A stretch of DNA of 64,000 bases from Paramecium tetraurelia. Lineage: Eukaryota. Of the stretch, positions 52,853-64,000 are shown piece after piece; the stretch's first letter is position 1; each line of letters opens with the position of its first letter. The DNA lies in contig CT868673.1 of NCBI GenBank assembly GCA_000165425.1, positions 156,886 to 220,885 of the forward strand. The letters are read 5' to 3'. The position numbers and the translations under genes are program-made. The notes beneath the pieces were generated by a model that worked only from the letters and a program-made list of their open reading frames with translations, had not been told where the DNA came from and ran no database searches.

Positions 52853-54335
52853 TCAATGATTTTCTTAGTTTTCTTCATTTATTTTTTATTTTTCATGCTA
52901 ACTATTATCCTCTTCATCAAGCAAATTAAAATCTCCATCTGTAAATTGGAGATTTACATGATCCTCTATTTCCTGATATTCTATAACTGAGGATTTGGAT
53001 CCTTGAACTTAATTTTCCCGAGGAGATTTAAAATTATTATCGTAATTCAAATTTAATTTTATCCCCTAGGATTTTAATTTCTTCAAGGCCTCTCGTGCAA
53101 CTAACCCTTAAATAGCAAACTACAATCTCGAAGTTTAATATATGCTATTGTGCACAGTTAGTTTATTTTTGGCAATAGTCTTAGCATTCTCATAGAATTT
53201 TTAAAACTAATCTAAATCCACTGTTTTCCCTTCGAATCTTACTTCTGATATAGGACCAAAATTTAATAGTCGTCTGAATTCAAATTTAGAGAATTAGGGA
53301 TAGTAAATCTCAATGACTTGTTTAATGAGTTCTTATTCCATTAAAAATTCATTGAAAGTAGAGATTATAATACTGAATAGCATAAGACTTGAAAATATTG
53401 AGCCTACATCTGCTAGAACTTGAGAAACCTTAATATATTAGACAACTTTTTTTTAAGTTACAGAGGACATAGACAATTCTGTGATAAACAATGCAGGAAA
53501 GTTGCTCTTAAAACTTTACCCTAAGCTTTAAGTCTAAATAAACTGATCGCTAAAAATCCATTTAGAGTCGTAAGTAGGGAAGAGAGGAGCTTCATCTATT
53601 TCTAAGAGTTGAGCTTGCATAATCACTCTTTGATAAAAAGTTGCTGATCTATCTAGAGCAAAAATCATCTCAGTAGACATGTTATTGATACTTCTGTGAA
53701 ATGAATTGTATTACTCAGTCTGAACTGTTGTCCTAATCAAGAGATTATTTTGGCTAATGGTATAATAATACTAATACTTAAAAAAGGAATCAATTACAGC
53801 ATCATCAGCACAATTAGTTTGAGTCTTCGAATCACATATTCGCAACACAATTAAAACTTTATGGGGATAATCTCCAACTCCATTTTAAAGGCTTATATTT
53901 TTAGGAGTGTATTTTTGAATATCAAAGTCAACCTCATTATTATTGTATATGTCATCTTAAGTAAAAAATGCTAAGGTTAATTACTAAATTACCCTACTAT
54001 TCCATTTACTCATATCCTTAGAAAATCATCATTGGGACAAGAATTTGGGATGTCCTATTGAAAGGATTAATCTAGGTTCCAAGAACTTCAAAGCTTAAAA
54101 AATCTTTATTATCAGCCATGGTTAAATTTTAAGTATATTCATAAGCAATCGATTAGATGGGGTTGACTTCATTCTTTCCAAACTAATAGATTTTGTAACA
54201 AAAGTATATGAAACTTACCATATAAATCATTATCGAAATAATTCCACCGAACACTGTCTGGTAGTTCTTTTATTCTTGTTTTATTTTGGGTTTATAGACT
54301 GCTCCAAATTTATCAAAAGATGCAAGAAAATCCAT
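52853..54335 (-). CDS. Two-TM membrane protein with large extracellular loop (ciliate-expanded family, ENaC/P2X-like topology)
   Basis: DKFG...YQTVFGGIISIMIYMVSFIYF (TM1), Cys-containing loop, YIKVSQVLADVGSIFSSLMLFSIIISTFN (TM2). One short intron near 53966-53990. Confidence 0.7.
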
Positions 54336-54553
54336 AGTAAAAAATTAAATTATAATAATTTTCTTTCATTAATTTGATATATAAACTCTAAATTTGTCTT
54401 AAACAATTATAAATAGAAAATTTAATTAGAATACTGACATATAAGCAAAATATTAGTTTGATCATCATCATTTGACTAATTAAATATTGATATCAAATAT
54501 ATCATGAAAACTTATATTAAAACGGATTATATTTATATATATTAAATTACCTA

Positions 54554-55791
54554 ATGTAAAAATTCTTAGCTTTTACATTGACTATATATTTAGTCTGCTC
54601 TGTAGATCCAAGCATGGTGTAATTGAGCACTGAGAAAATTGATGAGCTTTCTTAAAGTAATTTGGGGAGATTTATTATTGAAATGGCTCAGACTCATGCA
54701 GAAATGAGAGGACCTTTAGGTATGAATGAGTAATTAACATCAAAGATGATTTAGTGACTGCAATTGGCGATTTAGAAAATGAACTGACTGCTGAATTGCA
54801 ATAATTAGAGGATGACTTTACTAGATCAACGAATTAGCATCAAATAACTCAAGAAAACTTAGACATCAACATAGGTCAAACAGAAATCAACATCTTTAAT
54901 GAGAAGGACTTTATTGATGCTATTTTGTTACCAAGCATAGATTAAACTAATTAAAAGATAGATAGATTGAATGGGTTCATTAATGACAACAGAGACTCAT
55001 TGGCTAGAGAAACCTTAAATAGATAAAATTAACATTAGGCTTATCTGGACAGAGGTAATATTACTAAAAAATTGTAGTGAGTGAACATCAAGGTGCCATT
55101 AGTGCAGTGGATGAAGCTTTGTAATTGATCAATTCCCTAATCAATGGAAACATTGCATTCACTGAAAAAGCAACAATCCATTAGGCTGTCAAAAGAGTCA
55201 ATAGCAAGATCGCAAAAACCAGCACTATCCACCCAGTTGTTGAAGCCTTACTGTAATTGACTCAAAACTTCTCAGATCAAGGACAAGCCAAGAAGATTAG
55301 AGACTTGTTATAGGACACCAGAAATCAATTGGTTGCTAGTCTGAATTAGGTAGTAAATGAGGTGATGTCTAAATTAGGAAAATACTGATGAAAAACAGAT
55401 TGAAGAGACTTGGGCAGAGAGATAAAAAACATTAAACACTGAGTATTAAGAATTCAAGAGATCACTTCTTGAGGCTACCTACGTTTTAGCTGCCTATTAA
55501 AGTAATTACATATACAAATTTATATTTCAGATAAGTTGAAATCAACTCAAGAAGCCTTAACCTAAAATGAACTTGATTTACAAAATTACAATGAATCTCT
55601 ATGTAAATAACAGTATATATCAATTAGAATAGGACAAGGATGCTTAGGCCCAAGAAACCCAAATTTATAATGAATTGAAGGCTCAATATTAAATTCAACT
55701 CTAAACTACTAGGAATGCTAAAGATTTTGTGAACTCTGCTGAATTTAGCACAGTCATTAGAAACAAATTAAATTAAGGGGGATTGGCATGA
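54554..55791 (+). CDS. TMP: Trichocyst matrix protein precursor-like
   Basis: Signal peptide MQKFLAFTLTIYLVCS; IDELSQSNLGRFIIEMAQTHAEMRGPL|DDLVTAI pattern; acidic helical repeats; five short introns. Confidence 0.8.
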
Positions 55792-55813
55792 TTGATGAGA
55801 ATTAAATATTAAT

Positions 55814-56786
55814 ATGTAAATTACATAAAATTCACACTCTCCACCGCCTGCAAAAAAACAGCATCTCAAATTGCATGTGTAGCCTATACAATTGCCAGAT
55901 GCTAATATGTTGAATAAAACCACAGGCAATTCGGATCCAGAGATCGGTAGTAAATCAATTAAAACTGAGAGAATCACGGCATTCAAGCAGAATAAAAAGT
56001 TTCACATTAAGTAAGTTTAACACAACACTCATAACAGATTGCAAACAAATCATCCGCGACTTATGCAATAAGAGAATGATGGTTTATCTTTGATATTGTA
56101 TAAATAATCCCAGACATCCACAGCAGAGAAAATTATCACAAGTATGATCTACTGTTGATAATAGAATAACTAGTCAATGATTTGAGAAATAAAATAGATT
56201 CACAGGACTCTGTCATCAGATTGTAGGAGTTCAAAATTAATAGACTACAATAGGAACTGTTATCTCAGAAATAATATTGCTCCAATTTATTAGCTAAATT
56301 ATATTAAAATGATCCCAAAAGTTAATACATGAGCTCAGTAAAGGTTCCCAAATTAGGTATTCAATTTCACGAAAACACCCAATTCAGCTCGCAATAACCA
56401 TCTATGTTAAAGGTATCCAACAACAATGACATTATTAAAATCAAGAATCTGCTAAGCTAAATTATATCATTCAAACAATAATAGAATGATTTCAAAAATT
56501 TCATTAAGGAAACTTTTTCATCTATCAAAAACTTAATTTTATCCTTTGAAACATTATCAACAGAAAAAATTAAAAGTGTTCAGATGGAAAATAAATCCAT
56601 TTTAAATTCTCTTGAAGAAATGATCAAAATTAACAACATGTATATAATTATTTCTTAAAATCTAGACAAAATAAGGAAGAGCTAAGCAAAATCAATCAAA
56701 AGGCTGAAATCATTTGTTAAGAATTAGTTCTTGCTGAATCACAAAAGGAGGTCTACTATTAAAAATGTCTTTCATTATTAAGTTGA
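55814..56786 (+). CDS. Hypothetical coiled-coil protein
   Basis: MQITQNSHSPPPAKKQHLKLHVQPIQLPD...; short introns near 56011-56037 and 56640-56664; TGA at 56784-56786. Confidence 0.65.
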
Positions 56787-57041
56787 TCTCATCTTATCTA
56801 TTACATCCATTTATAATTATTTATAAATATAAAACATACAAATTATTATGCTTACTGAAGACTCCCGCATGAACAGTCAATTAACTTGTAATTACCAAAG
56901 AAAAAATTATGTAACTAGTAAATCTATTAATATATACCAAAGTTAATTCAATCAAAACAAAATTATACTATATAGTTTGGCTAATGTAATTTATTATTAT
57001 TTGATAAAATAATATAAAAAATTGATAATTTTGTAAGCAAA

Positions 57042-57692
57042 ATGGATTAGGGATGGGAAGTAAGTGAAGAACACTACTTAGAGAATCTAATATAAAATCC
57101 TCTATGTTTAAAGAGGTAGGAATCTTAATAAATTGAAAAGCCTGCCATTTTGGCATCTTAAGAATCACCAAAAACAAGAATGAGATTTAGGACAACTTCT
57201 ATGCCAAAATTGGACGAAAGCAGCAAGCCAAATTCACCTAATAAGAAACCAGCTATAGAACCACAGACAAAAGTGGAATCCCCAATCAAATATCAGCAAT
57301 CGTCTCTAATTTTGAAAACACCTATAAGATAACAAAAATTCTAATTATATCCACAGAAGATATCTCTTAGATCTACGCTGTTCTAAACTCCCTTGGAAGA
57401 GTGTAGTCCAATCAAACTGGGAAGAACACTCTAACCAAAGCAATTTAACCCTGTGTTATCGAATATCAGTGACATCCATTACAATGGAATGAAAGGGTAG
57501 ACTAGATCAGTAAAGAGTGCCTCAATGAGCAATCTTTTTAATTATGATGAACGTGTAATATAAAAGAAAAGATTAGAAGATTTTGTCTTCAAAATCAGAC
57601 CACAAAGAAATGCTAGTATTCTGTATGCGAACTCCCAAAGTTCCCTATAGACTACTACAGATGATATTGTACTTAGAAAAATCTAAAAATGA
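57042..57692 (+). CDS. Hypothetical S/P/K-rich protein
   Basis: 216-aa open code-6 frame MDQGWEVSEEHYLENLIQNP...DDIVLRKIQK*. Confidence 0.65.
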
Positions 57693-57713
57693 TTGAAATA
57701 TTATTTATATTTA

Positions 57714-58184
57714 ATGACTAATTATTTATTGTAACAGATTACGGATAGACAAAATAAAGATTCACGCATTAATGTACACAAATCGGAGAGACACCCTATG
57801 TTTAAAATAATGGATCAGGAATTTGCATTGCCCTCTATGAAAAATGAATAAAAATATAATGAGTTTATGGGCCATATTAGGCAACTTTTGGATAGGAACA
57901 AAGTTAAATCCTAAAAAGATATAAATCCATTGAGAATTCCCAATAATTTCATCTTAAATAAGGGCACTAAGCAAGGTTCTAGGATGAGGTTACTTGAAAC
58001 CAAAATCAATGATGAGTAATAATAATAAAAATAAGTGCAACATTAATAGATTTTGAGTGATCCCACAGATTCATAGACTTAAAGAGTATTATAGTATTAA
58101 CAACGGATTGGGTTGGTAAGGAAACACGGCAAGACTGAGTTATAATTAAGATAGATTGCTTAGAAACATAACATAAAATGGTGA
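57714..58184 (+). CDS. Hypothetical protein (156 aa)
   Basis: Open frame MTNYLLQQITDRQNK...KHGKTELQLRQIAQKHNIKW*. Confidence 0.65.
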
Positions 58185-58207
58185 ATTGATTTATTAATTA
58201 TATACTT

Positions 58208-59471
<1,264 letters not shown>

Positions 59472-59704
59472 AAAACCTTTTATTATTATTTAATCGAATT
59501 GCATAAAAATATATATAAATAAGTTTGAAATAATCTAATATTGCACTTCTTTTCTTAAGTATATGCTATAATTATATAAGAATTTTAACTGTATTTTATT
59601 ATCAATACATATGAGTTCTTCTGCCTTTGAAAGTGAATAAATTTATTTTTTAATGTAATAATGTTAACAGAAAATTTTAGTAGTATTAATAATTAAATTT
59701 TGAA

Positions 59705-60909
59705 ATGGCTGATCTAAAATTCAAAATTCCTCCAACCAAAACTTTGGAGTAGGAGAAGTAAAAGTTACTCAAAGAGAAAGATGAGATAGTTTTTAGATTT
59801 GAATAATAATGGATTAAGGATTTGGATGAAGTGGGTAAATACAAAAAAGGAATCAGAATCAAAAACTATGTTGATGGAAGCAAGTACGAAGGCGAGGTGA
59901 TTAATGAGAAACGAAATGGAAAGGGAATTTATCATTATAGTAATGGAGATAAATATGTTGGAGAATGGAAGGATGACAGGTAATGTAGATTGAATAAATT
60001 AGATTCCATGGAAAAGGAGTCTATATATTTGCAAATGGAGAAAGGTATGATGGGGAATTGAGAGAGAGTGCAAAACATGGAAGAGGAGTCTATTTGTATG
60101 TGAATGGAAATAAGTATGAAGGAGAATGGATGAATGATAAAAAGAATGGAAAGGGTTCTTATACTTACTTTGCAACAAATGAGAAATATGATGGGCAATG
60201 GTTAGATGGAGAGAAACATGGAACTGGTATGTACATATATACTAGTGGTGACAAGTATTATGGAGAGTGGAGAGATGGGGAAAAGTCTGGTAAAGGTGTT
60301 TTTGAATACTAAAATGGTTCCAGATTTGAAGGAGAGTTTTTAGAAGACAAAGCCAATGGGTTTGGAGTTATGCAATATTCGAATGAGGATAGATATGAGG
60401 GAGAATGGGCTGGAGGGTAGAAACATGGTTAAGGAACATATTTTTATGCAGATGGAGCAAAATATTAAGGAGAATGGAAAAATGAGAATCAGAATGGACA
60501 TGGAATATTTTATTATGTCAATGGTGATAGATATGAGGGAACTTTTGTTGATGGCGAGCGTTGTGGCAAGGGAATCTATTATTATTTGAGTGGGGATAAG
60601 TATGAGGGAGAGTATAGGAATGATGTGAGAAATGGGTAAGGAGTGTTGATGTTGACTAATGGTGATGTGTTTATGGGAGAATGGGCTAATGGCACTAAGA
60701 ATGGTTAGGGACGATATGAGTATGCAAACGGAGATTAGTATGAGGGGTTCTTTTAGGATGGTAAGAGATAAGGGAAGGGAACTTATTATTGGAAGAATGG
60801 GTAGAAGTATGTTGGGTTGTGGAAAAACGATAGGATGGAAGGAGAGATGGAACCGATAGTTGCTTTCAAATAAAGTAAATTTTCGAATGACTACTTAATT
60901 GATGTATGA
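59705..60909 (+). CDS. MORN-repeat protein (about 14 repeats)
   Basis: Tandem 23-aa YxGEWxxxxxxGxGxYxYxNGDx units; one short intron near 59980-60002. Confidence 0.93.
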
Positions 60910-60924
60910 ATAAACTTATAATTA

Positions 60925-62674
60925 ATGAAAATTTTAATTGTAAATGGTTATGGCAAATGTCTAAAAGGATTCCGAAGTTCCGAACATTATAAATAAATCA
61001 TAAAAGATGTATTAATGAGTACTAAATTCAGTTGCTTACAGGAAAGAAGGAAATGATAGACACAGAGTTAGAGTTCTTTATTGCAGACAGGGACACAATT
61101 GATGATTTTCTATATGAGATTGATAGTTCGTTTGTAAGGATAGAGTGTGGCAAGATGTTCGATTCAATAGATTTGATATTCTTTGAGGGAGATGCCAATC
61201 TTAGACCATGGTCTCCTAATGCATATAAATTTCTAATTCTATTGAGAATGTGCATGAGAAGTAACAAAATACTCTTTGCTTCTTCCTTTGCTATGCAAGG
61301 CTTGGTGTTCTTGATAGCATCTAATATTGAGTGTGTACATTCATGCTTTACTTTAGTAAATTTCAATTATAAATGGATTGAACGGAAGTTAACTAGGAGA
61401 CTTGTCTAAAATAAAAAAATCAATGAACGAAATTCGTATGAGTGACTATTTCCTTGATAATGTAACTGGGGATCTGTACAGTTTCAATTACGATACTGGC
61501 GAATGGGTGGGCAAAGGCAATGCTGGGCTGCACAGTAGAAGAGCAGCAGAGGAGTTCAAGACTATTGGAAAGTATATAGTAAAGGCCCCTCAATATAAAG
61601 TGTAGAGGATGAAAGAAATAGATTAATTATATGTTTCAAAGGAAAACGAGGTTGTTTGTTCATTGCGAAAGAACTCTATGCATAATTATTTATTCTATGA
61701 TTTACCATTTGAATTCGTTGTTCCATTTAAGAATTCATGGGATGTCCATCCATTTAATTTTGTGAATCCAAAAAAGACATTTCAAACCATGGCTGAATGT
61801 GAAAAAGGTGACAATCCTATTCTATTTCTTAGGTCCTCTAGTGATTTGCATTTCCGATAACATAGTGGCTACTCAATTCTCAATCAGAACCAAATATAAA
61901 GAAACTGTGTAGATGTTAAGAAACTTTATGGGCTACTAGCTTAGTAATCTCTTTAATTTCTATATTATAGCCAAACTATGTTCAGGAAGAGCCTAAACCA
62001 TACCGATAGAGGTTGCCTCAATCAAACAAAATGATAATGCCATGGACATCTACTTGGAACAACTCAGTAGGAGTAAGTATAGTAATTAAAAAACGATCAA
62101 ATTTAATGTAATCACAGAATTTCATCATGCTGGATTTGCAGCCAAGAAATCCAACTAACTTGATGTAGTTGTAAACAATGCTATTGGCAAGAAGAAATTC
62201 AAATAGACTCAATAGAAACTTAATCCAAAAGACTTAGATTAACTCTTATTCTATGTACTAAATATTATATTATTAAAGAGTTCTTCCCCTAAATTCTAAT
62301 CAACTCAGTAATAAGAGATTGAAAGGAAACCAAGCATCTACAGTGCCTAGCCAAATCATTTTGAAGAAAAACCTTAAGCCTTTCAAAAAACGAATCTAGA
62401 GATCATCTAAATTCTCCATCCCTCCATTGATACTGCCATTTTTACGTAAAATAAGCCTTTTTGGGTTCCAGGGTATTTGTCTTAGTGTCGTCTTCAGAAA
62501 AGTCAAATGAGCAAGAAGCAGAATACAACTAGTGAGGATGGCCCATCTAATACTCACATTTTGACTGAATTTAAGTAAAACACTACTCCGAGAATGCCTA
62601 GAAATTCATCTCAACCTCATTTTAGAGTTATCTAAAAAGATAAATGGATGACCAACAAAGATTTTTAAGTTTGA
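60925..62674 (+). CDS. Class I glutamine-amidotransferase-fold protein lacking the catalytic triad
   Basis: MKILIVN; DLIFFEG..PW; KILFASSFAMQGL; LFYDLPFEFVV...DV; IVATQFSI...LRNF. Low-complexity C-terminal tail; several short introns. Confidence 0.65.
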
Positions 62675-62695
62675 ATATATTTATTATTATTTTTA

Positions 62696-63643
62696 ATGAG
62701 TCTTACTTTATTAAATAAGAAATACCAAGCATTGATGGTTCGAGAAAAGTAGATCGAAGATCATTTTGATCCGGTTGTCAGACACAAGAAACAACATCCT
62801 AATATTGAGGATCTTCGTTAAGATTATTAAGAAGACTTAGAGAACTATGGTATTTTCACATCCCCATATTCTTTAAGGATTTTCTAAATAATCATTCAAA
62901 GCCAAAAAAGAATCAGAACTAGAAAACATATAAATAACTCCTGAAAAATCACTTAGACCAATGACTGCTCTAATCTCACCTGTTCAGAGCTCATCACAAA
63001 GATAAAGACCCATCACAGCCCCTGGTCTCAATACATAAACCAAATAAATGATGAAGATTGACGAAAATGAAGAAATGCTTTAATTGCCATATCATTCGGA
63101 GACTAAATATTGGAGGAACACAAAAAAATACGATAAAAGTTTCATATTATTTATTATTGATTAGCCAATTAGAATGTTGTTAGGAATCATTCAGCCTTGA
63201 AAAAAGTATCATTGGGAGGCGACTGTGAAAATTATAATATTGAAGAATAAGAGATCAAAAATCGCAATTTGATTGAAAAATAAATTATTAAAAATCGCTT
63301 GCTCTCACCAACTTTTGTTTCACAAAGGCATTAAATTAATGATAGAGATGTCTAATAATTAACAGAAGGGTTTTATCAGCATTTAGCATTAATAAAAGGC
63401 ACTTCTCAAAATTAAAATCAGAAAAGCAAACCACAACCTGGTTTCTAATTATACGATAACCTACTCGATTTGATGAAACTTATTAATCAAGAAAACTCTA
63501 ACAAAAGCCCAATAATTACAAAAACTTCATCACAAGGATTCAGACCATAAACTGGTGTAAGTAGGCAAATCAAAGGTTAATAACGAACTAGACCTTTCAG
63601 CAGCAAAATCCAAACAGTAGGTGTTAGAGCATTTTAATAATGA
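62696..63643 (+). CDS. Hypothetical protein with RPxTA/RPxS-type repeats
   Basis: MSLTLLNKKYQALMVREKQIEDHFDPVVRHK...; RPMTA, RPITA, RPQTG, RPFS motifs; short introns; TGA at 63641-63643. Confidence 0.65.
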
Positions 63644-64000
63644 AACATATTTTCTCCCAATATTTTAATTATCTTTTACTGACATCTCTATCATTAATGT
63701 GAAGTTTATTTAAACAATCTATAATAATTTATGGGTTTAACATGTTAGTATTTAATTTCACTCATTTATGTTAACTAAATATAACTTGTTTTTAGAGACT
63801 TGTTCTTTTTATATTAGATTTATCAATATTTTCATATATCTTTTTTGTGAAATTATACTTAAAAAAATTGATCATTTATAAACATTAATAATTATAGAGA
63901 TTGTAATCTTCCATGAATCATCACTTAAGATTAACTTTTTAAGTCTATTGATATTTTTCTGTAATAATAAATTATAGAAAATATTATTAAATAATATATG

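Noticed and set aside
59885..60840. 69-nt periodic GGA-rich repeats as a CRISPR array or satellite
   Set aside because: These are degenerate protein-coding MORN repeats with no identical direct repeats or spacers.

Overview
This is very AT-rich, gene-dense eukaryotic DNA that reads as a ciliate macronuclear chromosome segment, most likely Paramecium. TAA/TAG encode Gln, TGA is the only stop (translation table 6), and genes contain tiny (about 20-30 nt) GT..AG introns. The supplied standard-code ORF track therefore fragments nearly every gene. Re-reading by hand in code 6 gives about 33 CDSs. Recognisable products are CFAP99, glutaredoxin, a CAMK-group kinase, an EF-hand protein, a UBC7/CDC34-type E2, a short SEC63, an intronless cytosolic HSP70 with heat-shock elements, a CDC48/p97 paralog with degenerate ATPase motifs, BLTP2/Hobbit, IFT52, dynein p28, a hybrid histidine kinase, two HSFs, a DZIP1-like protein, a MADS-box factor, a trichocyst matrix protein, a TEY MAPK, a MORN-repeat protein and a glutamine-amidotransferase-fold protein lacking its catalytic triad. 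The best hidden signal is a selenoprotein T gene (43665-44192, minus strand) with an in-frame UGA in a CxxU motif and a well-formed SECIS just after its stop. Other notable items are an unusually long 81-nt intron in the MADS box, a tandem pair with a duplicated Cys/His domain I cannot name, and repeated 15-23 nt gaps between co-oriented genes. All calls come from manual translation and motif recognition; no database searches were run, and internal intron boundaries are approximate.
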